Source of the DNA: an uncultured Acidobacteriota bacterium
Lineage (GTDB): Bacteria > Acidobacteriota > Vicinamibacteria > Vicinamibacterales > CAVVIG01
DNA: 64,000 nt
Direction: 5' to 3'
Assembly (NCBI GenBank): GCA_963725105.1
Contig: CAVRXZ010000017.1
Span: 3,975 to 67,974 of the forward strand
Shown: piece after piece, positions 35,491 through 44,599 of the stretch
Position numbering within the stretch: the first letter of the stretch is position 1
How the letters are laid out: the number at the start of each line of letters is the position of its first letter
Notes under the pieces: generated by a model
What the model was told of the DNA's origin: nothing
The model's input: only the letters and a program-made list of their open reading frames with translations
Database searches by the model: none
Program-made: the position numbers and the translations under genes

Positions 35491-36588
35491 CTACTTCGCG
35501 CGTCCGGTATAACCCTGCGCGATCAACGGGATTGCGATGATCCGGTTTCTTGCGCTCGGCGTACCCCAGCCGCCGTAAAAGACGATGGCGAAGAGCGTCT
35601 TCTTGTCGCGGCCGCCGAGGAACGTGCCGTGCAGCCCCGCGGGCCCGGGAATGGAGCCGAGGAACTGGCCGTTCGGCGCGAAGATGTCCACGGAGGCCCC
35701 CGTGGCTACATACACTCGCCCTTGCGCATCGACTGCCGAGCCGTCGCCGCCCTGACCACCGCGCAGCTTCCCGAATTCGCGCTGATTTGTCAGCGAGCCG
35801 TCGGGTTGCACGTCGAAGGCCATCACCACCGCGCCGTTCGTGACGTAGAGCGTCTTCTCGTCCGGGCTCAGGATGATGCCGTTGGCCAGCGACATTCCTT
35901 GACCGTACTGCGAGACGACGCCCTGCGGGTTCGCGTAAAACACACCGGCCGCCGTAATCGCGAGGTAGACGCCACCGCGCGCGTCGGCAGCGAGGTCGTT
36001 CAGGACGCCGCCGACGCATTCGAGCGGCTCGCCATGGAAGGAGTTCGCGAACATCTTGCGTTGCGGCTCGAGCTGCACGATGCCCCCGTTCAATCCTCTG
36101 GCGGCGAGGAACAGCGCCCCATTCTTGCTGCGCGACAGCGCGCCGCCGGTGTTCGTATCCTTGTGGATGACGAGCGCGAGTCCGGTCGCAGGGTCGAGCT
36201 GCATGACGTTGCTCGCGTCGTTGTTGGCGAACAGCACCGTGCCCTCGCCGCCGGCAATGGGGCCGTCGACGTTATTGCCTTCCCACGACCACACGACCTT
36301 CCAGGACTGACCTGCGGCGATCACGCCGGGAATCTCGGTCGAGGGCGCCGTGGGCGCCGGCTCCGGCGGCGCAAGTGCCGGTGCCGATGCGCCGGTGTTC
36401 GCCGCCGGCGCGCCTGGAATCGAGAAGGGCTTCGCCGGGCTCTTGCACTTGGCCAGGACGCCTTGCAGTCCGGGATTCTGCCAGGACTGCAGGCTCTTAC
36501 CGCGGTCGAAGCTGGATGAGGGACTCTGAGCGGAAACGATGGCTGCAGCGCAGCCCACGAGTACGGCGAGAGCGATAGTTGGTTTCAT
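35491..36588 (-). CDS. Exported SMP-30/gluconolactonase/LRE family beta-propeller protein
   Basis: ATG 36588 gives the signal peptide MKPTIALAVLVGCAAAIVSAQS. Propeller-type blocks are ANGIILSPDEKTLYVTN, DGSAVDAQGRVYVAT and LFAIVFYGG. The track start at 36615 abuts the upstream stop and is less likely. Confidence 0.75.
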   Translation of the reverse strand: MKPTIALAVLVGCAAAIVSAQSPSSSFDRGKSLQSWQNPGLQGVLAKCKSPAKPFSIPGAPAANTGASAPALAPPEPAPTAPSTEIPGVIAAGQSWKVVWSWEGNNVDGPIAGGEGTVLFANNDASNVMQLDPATGLALVIHKDTNTGGALSRSKNGALFLAARGLNGGIVQLEPQRKMFANSFHGEPLECVGGVLNDLAADARGGVYLAITAAGVFYANPQGVVSQYGQGMSLANGIILSPDEKTLYVTNGAVVMAFDVQPDGSLTNQREFGKLRGGQGGDGSAVDAQGRVYVATGASVDIFAPNGQFLGSIPGPAGLHGTFLGGRDKKTLFAIVFYGGWGTPSARNRIIAIPLIAQGYTGRAK

Positions 36589-36615
36589 GATCGTCCTTCC
36601 AAAGTCCTTCGTCAC

Positions 36616-38111
36616 TTACTTCACGTCCTTGCCTTCGAGGGCGCCGAGCTTTCGCAGGAGGGCCACGGTGCTCTCCTTGGGAATGGGTAGCTGGATGAGG
36701 CTGGACTTGCCCATCGCGACATCAAGAGGCGTGAATCCCTTTTTGGTCTTGACGTTCAGATTCGCGCCGCGATCGACCAGATATTGAACGATGGTGTCCG
36801 CGCCCCGGTCCGCCGCTCCGTGCAGCGCTGTTTCGCCCTGGTTGTTCACCTGGTTGAGGTCGAGGCCGGCCTCGACGCACAGCTTCAGGGCCGCCAGGGC
36901 GTCGCGCTCGGTGCCGTGCGTGTTCTTGTCGCGATAGCCGACGCCCGCGGCGAACATCAGCGCGGTATTGCCGTCCTTGGTCGTCAGCTTCGGATCGGCG
37001 CCCTTGTCGAAGAGCAGCCGAATCACGGCCGTGTCGCCGGCTCGGGCAGCGCGCATCAACGGCGTCGTGCCGTCGTCGAGCGTCGTATCGCCAGAGTCCA
37101 TGCCGCTTCGCCCGGGCAGATTGGACGTCAGCGCCAGATTCAGGTTCGCGCCATGCGCGAGCAGCGCCTTGACGATGTCCAGCGTCGGAAACAGGTCCTC
37201 GGTCTTTCGCGCCGGGAGCGCGGAGTAGTCTTCGTTCCGGATATCGACGATGGCATAGACAGCAGTCCGGCCGTAGCCGCCGACGACATTCACGTCGGCG
37301 CCGCGATCGATCAGGAACTTGGCGAACGTGTACTGCTTGTTCATGATCGACACGACCAGGGCGCTGGTGTTGTCGACGTCGCCGTAGTTGATATCGACTC
37401 CTGCGTCCAGCATCACGCGGGCCGATCTCGATGTCGCCTTCGCGCGCGGCAAACGACAGCGCCGGTGAATCCGCCGCGGGCGATCGGAGAAATCGACGAC
37501 GCCGCGCTCAAACGGGGCACCTTGGTTTCCCGGTCGAACGATCGCACCTTCCAATCGGCGCCATGTTCCAGCAGCAGCTTCACGACCGCGGGATGGCGCT
37601 CGGCGGCAGCCCACATCAGCGCGGTCTGTCCCTTGTATTTCTCGCGCGCGTTCACGTCGGCGCCACGGTCCAGAAGGATCCGGACGGCATCGATGTTGCC
37701 GGCACGTGATGCGGTCATCAGAACGGTCTCGCCTTCCTCGGTGGTCAGCGTTTTCGGGTCGGCGCCCGCCTTCAGGAGCGCCTCGATCATCACGGGGCTT
37801 CCCGCAGGTCACCGCCTCGGACAGCGGTGTCGCGCCATAGCGGTTGCGCGGCTTTCGCGTTCGCGCCGGCGCGAAGCAGCAGGTTGACCGCTTCTGCATC
37901 GTTCCAATGAGCCGCCCAGTGTAGGGCAGTGGTGCCGTCGGGTTGCGCGGCGTTGACATCGGCACGCTGTTTGCGTCAGCGCGTGCAGCGCGCCCATGTC
38001 TGTTCTGCTGCGCCGCATCGGCAACTTCAGCGCCGCGGGAGCACGCTGCTAGCTCACAGACGCAACGGCGCAGACGTCAAGAGGGAGTGCCAGCCATCGA
38101 ACGAATTCCAT
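36616..38111 (-). pseudogene. Ankyrin-repeat protein; 3' ~775 nt intact, 5' ~700 nt broken by at least 7 frame changes
   Basis: The intact part covers 36616-37390 (ARVMLDAGVDINYG...GTTPLMRAARAGDTAVIRLLFDKGADPK...GETALHGAADRGADTIVQYLVDRGANLN). Upstream, ankyrin sequence can only be followed by hopping frames: MEFVRWLALPLDVCAVASV / ELAACSRGAEVADAAQQN / DMGALHALTQ / ADVNAAQPDGTTALHWAAHWNDAEAVNLLLRAGANAKAA / NRYGATPLSEAVTCG / VMIEALLKAGADPK...ARGGFT / ALSFAAREGDIEI / ARVMLDAG. Confidence 0.6.
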
Positions 38112-38134
38112 TGTCAACGATCTTCATGATATCA

Positions 38135-39504
38135 TCAAGCTCTTCCTAGACTTCCGATCAGCAGGCCCGTGCTGTCGCCGACGCTGTCCTGCGGAATGCC
38201 GGCCTTGTCCAGTATCGTCAGCAGCAGGTTCGACATGGGCGTGTTCTCCGGATACTTGAGGTGGCGCCCGCCCTTCATCTTCCCGGTCGCTCCGCCGGCC
38301 ACGAGGATCGGCAGCGGCGAGTGATTGTGAACGTTGCTGTTGCTCATCGCGCTGCCGTACAGGATGAGCGAATGGTCGAGCAGCTTGCCGTCGCCGTCCG
38401 GCGTCGCCTTCGAGCTTTTCGAGCAGGTACGACCAGAGGCTGACGTGGATAGGCATTGATCTTCGTCAACTGCTTCCAGCCTGCTTGCATTGTTCTGATG
38501 GTGGGATGCCGGGTGGAACGCCTCGGAGATGCCGAGCATCGGGAACGTCCGGTAGCTGACTTCGCGCGCCATCATGAACGTCGAGATCGCGGGTGATGTC
38601 GGCCTGGAACGCGATGGCCATCAGGTCGAACATCAGCTTCGTGTGCTCTGATGAAGTCGTCCGGAATTCCGCTGGGCGAAACCGGCACATCGAGATTCGA
38701 TCGCTGTTCTGCTTCTCGGCCAGCTGGATGCGCCGTTCGATTTCGCGCACGGTGTCCAGATATTCGGACACGCGATTGCGATCGTTTGATCCCAGGTTGC
38801 CCTTGCAGACGGCGAATCTGTCCGGTGACCGCGTCGAGAATGCTGCGCTGCGTCTCGATGCGTTCGAGACGTTCTTCGGCGTGGCGCCATCCCCGAACAT
38901 CCGATCGAACACGACGCGCGGATTGATTTCCATCGGCATCGGCGTGGTCGGCGTACTCCAGGAAATCGTGTTCATGTAGGTGCAGCTGAAACCGACGTCG
39001 CAGGAGCCCACCAGACCGCTGTAGTCCTCGATCGCGAGTTCGAGCGACGGCAGCAGCGTGTCCTGTCCGATCTTCGCTGCGGCTATCTGGTCGATCGTCA
39101 CGCCGGCAAGAATATCGGCGCCGTCGGTTCGCTTGGGATGCACGCCATTCAGGAACACCGCCGGGCAACGCGTGTGGTCGCCGCCGTTGTCGCCAGGACC
39201 CTGCGGACCGGCCATCGCATGCGCCAGGTTGCTGACGACGACGACCTGATCCTTGTACGGCTCGAGCGGCGCCAGAGTGCGGAGAAAGCTGGAGCGGCCC
39301 TTCCAAGGCGGGCGTCCAGTTCGCCATGACCGCGCCGTGCGGAATGAAACAGAATCCCAGGCGGATCTGCGGATTGGCGGCGGTCTTCGCCAGCGGCGTG
39401 TGCGCCGGCACCATCGACTCGAGGAACGGCAGTGACAGCGTCACGCCCATGCGCCGCGCAGGAACGTTCGGCGTGAAAGGTGCTTTCTTGGTGATGATGC
39501 TCAT
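38135..39504 (-). pseudogene. DUF1552 family protein broken by at least 9 frame changes
   Basis: The N-terminus is MSIITKKAPFTPNVPARRMGVTLSLPFLESMVP...FIPHGAVMANWTP. The remaining family sequence is scattered over all three frames: KGRSSFLRTLAPLEPYKDQVVVVSNLAHAMAGPQGPGDNGGDHTR... / EERLERIETQRSILDAVTGQI / GNLGSNDRNRVSEYLDTVREIERRIQ / SNLDVPVSPSGIPDDF / SEHTKLMFDLMAIAFQADITR / MMAREVSYRTFPMLGISEAFHPASHHQNNA / KINAY / HVSLWSYLLEKLE / ATPDGDGKLLDHSLILYGSAMSNSNVHNH.... Confidence 0.65.
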
Positions 39505-41944
39505 TTGGTCTCCTTCAACTGAAACGGCGTGCTCTTCACGATTCCCAACACTATCGATGAGAATCGAAAATCCTGATTCCGGCCATCCTGCACAATCTTT
39601 CGCACGGCCGGCATGTCGTGGTACTCCAGGCCGCGGCCGAGAGCATAGGTCAGCATTTTCTCGGTCATGACTCCGACGAAGATATCCGGCTGCGCCGCCA
39701 GCTTCTGGCGCAGCCCGACGATGCCGTCCACGTCGGCGCCGTTGAAGAGCGTGCCGGCCGTGTCAATCGCGGCGCCTTCCTCGGTGTTCCGCCAGTGTCC
39801 GATGCCGTCGAAATTCTCGAGCGCGAAGCCAATCGGGTCCATCACCTTGTGACAGCCCGCACAGACCGGATTCGCCCGATGGCGCTCCATGCTCTCGCGC
39901 AGTGACAGCGGTTTGCCGTCCGCGGAGGTTTCCTTCAGCGGCGGAACGTTCGGGGGTGGAGGCTGTGGCGGGACGCCCAGAAGATTCGTCAGGATCCACT
40001 TGCCGCGTTCGACCGGTGACGTTCGATTCGGATAGGACGTCACGGTCAGAACACTGGCCTGACCGAGAAGCCCGCGCCGCGTTTCGTCGCTCACTGTGAC
40101 GCGCCGGAACTGACTGCCGTACACGTTGGGAATGCCGTAGTGCCGCGCCAGACGCTCGTTCACAAACGTGTAGTCGGCGTTCAGCAGATCCATGACGCTG
40201 CGGTCTTCGCGCATGATGCTGTCGAAGAACAGCGTGGTTTCTTCCTTCATCGCCTGGCGAAGGTTGTCGTCGAAATCCGGGAACGCTTCCAGATCCGGAA
40301 TGGCGCTCTTGAGATTCCGGAGATAGAGCCACTGCTCGGCGAAGTTGGTGACGAGCGTCTTCGCGCGCGCATCGGCCAGCATGCGCTTGACCTGCTGCTC
40401 CAGGACGACCGGATCCTTCAGCTTGCCCTGGCTTGCGAGGGTCAGCAGTTGATCGTCGGGGATGCTGCTCCAGAGAAAGAAGGACAGGCGCGACGCCAGC
40501 GCCAGGTCGTTCAGCCGATATGCCGTAATTGGTGCCAGGTTCGGCGGATCGGTTTCGAAACGCAACAGGAACTCGGGACTGGCCAGGATGAATTGGAGCG
40601 CGGACTCGATTCCACGGTCGAACGCGTCGCCGCCGCTGACACCTTCGCGGCCGCGACGATAGAAGTCCATCAGCATGTCGACCGTCTTCTTGTCCACAGG
40701 CCGGCGATACGCCACGCGGACGAGTGACGACAGAATCCTTGTCGGCGCAGGGCTCTTCATCGGGCCGCAGTTGCAGGCTTGCAGATGAAGATCTTTCGGC
40801 GAGAGGCGGTATCGCCCGAGCCGGTCGCACCGAACGGACCTTCAATCGTCAGGCGATCCACGGACGGATCACCCATGATGTCCAGGCCGTCCATCGTCGT
40901 CCGCAGGAAGGGCTTGATCAGGTCGTCGCGTGGCGCGTGGCTTTTCAGTACGGTCGTGGCCCAGAGCGTGTGAATCCCTGCTTTCACGGGAACCTTGACC
41001 GTCAGACGCCGATCCAGTTCCGCTCCGAACGTGCCGGGGTTTTCGGCCATCTTCAGGAACTGCTCGCGGCCGCCTGCCGTGACAAGCGCCAGGCGCTGGC
41101 CATCCATCGCGATTTCGATCTCGTGAGGATCTTCCATTCCTCGCATCAGATCGAATGTGTTCCGCCACAGCCGCACCTTGATGATGTATTCGCCGTCGAG
41201 CGGGAATATGTGCCGAACCAGAATTCCGCCGCGAGTTCCAAGCGGCAGGCCTTCGACATGCTGGTCTTGTGACAGGTCCGGCCGCACTCTGTAGATCGCT
41301 GTGCTTGGGGCGATGTCGGGGTTACCCACGGCCAGCCGGCTGATGTTCCATGATGCCGACAGGTATCGCTCCATCAGTGACGGCGACACGTTCAGCACGT
41401 CGGCAATGTTGTCGAATCCGCTGCTCTCATCGTCAGGCGGCAGCAGGGCAGTCGCGTCGATGTCCAGAGCCAGCAGATCGCGGATCGCGTTCGCGTATTC
41501 GGCTCGATTCAGGCGATGCATGGAGGTGCGTCCCGGACGTGGTTTCTCGACTGCAGCCCGATCCAGAGCGGTTTCGAAGTAGCCAGCCAGGCCGTCAAGC
41601 TGCGCTCGTTCCGGCCGCGGCATGCCGGGCGGCGGCATCATTCCGACGCGAACCTTCCGCATGACTTTCTCCCATGTCTCCGCGCCTTTGGGAATGTCGG
41701 TCAGGTCGGCCTTTTCGAGCGACAGACCGCCCGTCCGGGCTCTGTCGTTGTGGCAGGTCATGCAGTACTTGCCCATAACCGCACCGTGCGGCGAAGCGGC
41801 TTCGGTGGGACTTTGACCGGCGGGAGCAGCCCCCAGCGGCGAGGCCCAGATGACGGTGCAGAAAAGCGCCAGACATGTGACGAACGCTCGAGCAGTCAAC
41901 AAGAGCCTCCAGAAGGCCACGAAGAAGTGGGAACCCCGCGACAT
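39501..41944 (-). CDS. DUF1592/DUF1595/DUF1587/DUF1588/DUF1585-type multi-domain protein with heme-c motif, 1-2 apparent frameshifts near 40745-40770
   Basis: ORF 40757-41944 contains GKYCMTCHNDRARTGGLSLE (CxxCH), HRLNRAEYANAIRDLL and SSGFDNIADVLNVSP. ORF 39501-40760 contains ILSSLVRVAYRRPV, LASRLSFFLWSSIPDD, FAEQWLYLRNL, ANPVCAGCHKVMDPIGFALENFD and EKMLTYALGRG. At the junction, CKPATAA / DEEPCADK / ILSSL each lie in a different frame. The stop overlaps the DUF1552 start. Confidence 0.75.
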
Positions 41945-41990
41945 TCAAGTATAACGATTGCCTGTCCCGGGTGACCTTTCTTCAGGGGAA

Positions 41991-43235
41991 ATGGGTAAGC
42001 TCCAGTCCGTGAGCCAGGAGATCTCCACGACGTGTGTGATTGCCGGCGGCGGCCCTGCCGGAATCATGGCCGGCTACCTCCTGGCGCGTGCCGGGGTGCA
42101 GGTGATCGTTCTGGAGAAGCACGCCGATTTTCTCCGGGATTTTCGCGGAGACACGATTCACCCATCGACCCTGGAGGTCATGTTCGAGCTCGGTCTCCTG
42201 GAAGACTTGCTCCGGCGTCCCCATCAGCGGATCGACTATGCGGAAGGGGAGCTGGGCACACGACGTCTTCGATTCGCCGACTTCACGCATTTGCCGACGC
42301 ACTGCAAGTACATCGCGCTCATGCCGCAATGGGACTTCCTGAATTTCATGGCCGAGCAGGGGCGGCGCCTTGAGACCTTCACGCTGTTCATGAACACTGA
42401 AGCGGCGGCGTTGACGCGTCGTGGCAGCAGCATCGTTGGCCTGACCGCGCACACCGCTTCCGGCCCGCTTGAAATCCGCAGCGATCTCGTCATTGGAGCC
42501 GACGGGCGCCATTCAAATCTGCGGCGGGACGCCGGTTTCAAGGTCAAGAATCTCGGCGCGCCGATGGACGTGCTGTGGTTCAAGCTGGCCTATCGTGCCG
42601 AGCAGCACCACGTCGTGCTCGGCCGGATCGATGCGGGCCAGGCGCTGGTGATGCTGGACCGCGGCGACTATTGGCAATGTGCGCTGATCATTCGCAAGGG
42701 CACATTCGATGCTGTACGGCGCGACGGAATCGCCGCTTTCCGCGCACGGGTTGCAAGACTGGCGCATCGAGACACTGCAGACGAAATCACAAGCTTCGAT
42801 GACGTCAAGCTCCTCAACGTTGCCGTCGATCGCCTGGAAACCTGGTGCGCCCCCGGCCTGCTCTTCATTGGAGATGCCGCGCACGCGATGTCCCCAGCCG
42901 GCGGCGTCGGGATCAATCTCGCCATTCAGGACGCCGTAGCGGCGGCGAACGTTCTGGCGGAGCCGCTGCGCACGCATGCGCTCGAGCTCGATGATCTGCG
43001 CCGTATTCAACGACGTCGAATGCTGCCGACCCGCCTCACGCAGGCCCTGCAAGTGGTGCTTCAAAACAGGATCCTCGATCCCGTCCTCGCCGCGGACGAG
43101 CTGCCACCGGTCCCGGCAGTCCTGATGTTGATGCAGCGGTGGGCATGGCTGCAGCGCATTCCTGCGCGCGTGATTGGTCTGGGGTTCCGGCCCGAACATG
43201 TGCACGGGGCAAGCCTGGCGCGTCCTGATCGCTGA
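41991..43235 (+). CDS. FAD-dependent monooxygenase/oxidoreductase (UbiH/PheA-type fold)
   Basis: Translation from ATG 41991 gives MGKLQSV...CVIAGGGPAGIMAGYLLARAGVQVIVLEK (GxGxxG). Later blocks are RGDTIHPSTLEVMFELGL, LVIGADGRHS and FIGDAAHAMSPAGGVGINLAIQDA. Confidence 0.8.
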   Translation: MGKLQSVSQEISTTCVIAGGGPAGIMAGYLLARAGVQVIVLEKHADFLRDFRGDTIHPSTLEVMFELGLLEDLLRRPHQRIDYAEGELGTRRLRFADFTHLPTHCKYIALMPQWDFLNFMAEQGRRLETFTLFMNTEAAALTRRGSSIVGLTAHTASGPLEIRSDLVIGADGRHSNLRRDAGFKVKNLGAPMDVLWFKLAYRAEQHHVVLGRIDAGQALVMLDRGDYWQCALIIRKGTFDAVRRDGIAAFRARVARLAHRDTADEITSFDDVKLLNVAVDRLETWCAPGLLFIGDAAHAMSPAGGVGINLAIQDAVAAANVLAEPLRTHALELDDLRRIQRRRMLPTRLTQALQVVLQNRILDPVLAADELPPVPAVLMLMQRWAWLQRIPARVIGLGFRPEHVHGASLARPDR

Positions 43236-43320
43236 CCGGTCTGCATTCCCGGTTGACAGGGCCGCCGGGTGCCGGTAGTACTTGTCCCCCTTTTGGAAAC
43301 GCGTTAAAGGAGGAAGCGCC

Positions 43321-43560
43321 ATGATCTATTCGATAATCGTCGGACTCATCGCTGGCTGGCTCGCGGGGCAGGTGATGAAGGGTGGCGGCTACGGCGTGCT
43401 GATGGACATCGTCCTCGGGCTGCTCGGCGGTCTGGTCGGCGGCTGGCTGTTTGGATCGCTCGGGATCTGGCCCGGGGGGGGAATGGTCGGTTCGATTATC
43501 GTCTCCTTCGTGGGCGCGGTGATTCTCGTCGGAATCACGAGGATGCTAAAGCGCGCCTGA
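43321..43560 (+). CDS. GlsB/YeaQ/YmgE family (transglycosylase-associated) small membrane stress protein
   Basis: The sequence is MIYSIIVGLIAGWLAGQVMKGGGYGVLMDIVLGLLGGLVGGWLFGSLGIW...IIVSFVGAVILVGITRMLKRA. RBS aaaggagg lies upstream. Confidence 0.8.
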   Translation: MIYSIIVGLIAGWLAGQVMKGGGYGVLMDIVLGLLGGLVGGWLFGSLGIWPGGGMVGSIIVSFVGAVILVGITRMLKRA

Positions 43561-43571
43561 CAGCCGCGCGC

Positions 43572-44495
43572 CTAATGGGGCAGCGACGTGTTCTTCGGTG
43601 GCCATTCGGACCAGCGATTGCCTGCCGTGGCCTCGATTGGAATGGGCCCGGTCAGGGAGAAACCTGGGACAACGCCTGGTGGGGGCGGCGGCGGCGGCGG
43701 TTGATGGTCCGTCGCCGTCGTGCATCGCATCTCGTTCCACCCGACGTGGGCTGTCACGTGCTTGTCGAACGTCGGCAGCTCGCCGTCGGCCCAGTCCTCG
43801 TGCAGGATGTTGAACGTCAGTCGATCGCCCCGGATTTCGAAGTCGTCCAGCGCGGCCATCGTGTACGGGTTGTCACACGTTCCACAGACCATTCCGCGGA
43901 GCTTGTTGCCGACCTTCCGAATGATGAAGTACTGCTTGGGGGCGCCGATGCCAAATCCCAGCCAGATTCCGACGACATCCTTTTCGGTCAGGTTTGATTT
44001 CCACGGTCCCGGCTGAATGTAGCGAGGGATGGGCAGCCCGATGCCCTGTTGGTTGATTCTTACGGCAGGGACCGGAGGAGCCTTGGGGAGTATCGACACG
44101 ATGACCGGAAGCGGATCCGGTCCCCGCGCATCCTTGATGAGGATGCGCTCGAACCTCCCTCCATGCGGGCCGCCGCCCACCCCGGTCACGATGAGACTTC
44201 CGTGATCGAACTTCGCGGTCGCCTTGTCTTTGAACGCGGTGCTGCCGTCTGCCTTCACGTGCGTCACTTCGAACGTGATGCCGGCAGGTCCGAACGTTCC
44301 GTCGACGAACGCCAAGGTCGTGGCGTCCGCGCAATACGTGCAGTAGATACCCCTCACGTTGTTGCCGCGGATTGAGAACTCGTAGGTGTGGGCTTCGCCC
44401 TTATCGGTTCGCCAGCCGCCGCGGTAGTCGTCTGCATCCTGCGCCGCGGCCACCTGGGTCAACCCGAGTACGACTGCGAGCATCACGAACTTCAT
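43572..44495 (-). CDS. Secreted hypothetical protein with an internally duplicated CxxC-containing domain and a poly-proline tract
   Basis: Signal peptide is MKFVMLAVVLGLTQVAAA. Repeat 1 is GGWRTDKGEAHTYEFSIRGNNVRGIYCTYCADATTLAFVDGTF..ITFEVTH. Repeat 2 is GIWLGFGIGAPKQYFIIRKVGNKLRGMVCGTCDNPYTMAALDDFEIRGDRLTFNILH. The C-terminal part contains QPPPPPPPPG. Confidence 0.65.
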   Translation of the reverse strand: MKFVMLAVVLGLTQVAAAQDADDYRGGWRTDKGEAHTYEFSIRGNNVRGIYCTYCADATTLAFVDGTFGPAGITFEVTHVKADGSTAFKDKATAKFDHGSLIVTGVGGGPHGGRFERILIKDARGPDPLPVIVSILPKAPPVPAVRINQQGIGLPIPRYIQPGPWKSNLTEKDVVGIWLGFGIGAPKQYFIIRKVGNKLRGMVCGTCDNPYTMAALDDFEIRGDRLTFNILHEDWADGELPTFDKHVTAHVGWNEMRCTTATDHQPPPPPPPPGVVPGFSLTGPIPIEATAGNRWSEWPPKNTSLPH

Positions 44496-44533
44496 CGCGT
44501 CCTCCGAATCCGGGCGTATACTCAGCCGAGTTC

Positions 44534-44560
44534 TGCCCTATTGCCCTCTGCCCTCTGCAC
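44534..44560. repeat. Short GCCC-periodic heptamer array
   Basis: tgccctat tgccctc tgccctc tgcac lies in the divergent intergenic region between the starts at 44495(-) and 44600(+). Its reverse complement reads GGGCAGA GGGCAAT AGGGCA, related to the array at 22154-22192. Confidence 0.5.
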
Positions 44561-44599
44561 TATGCTCTATCTTGTTATCCACCCAAAGGAGGCACGCGT

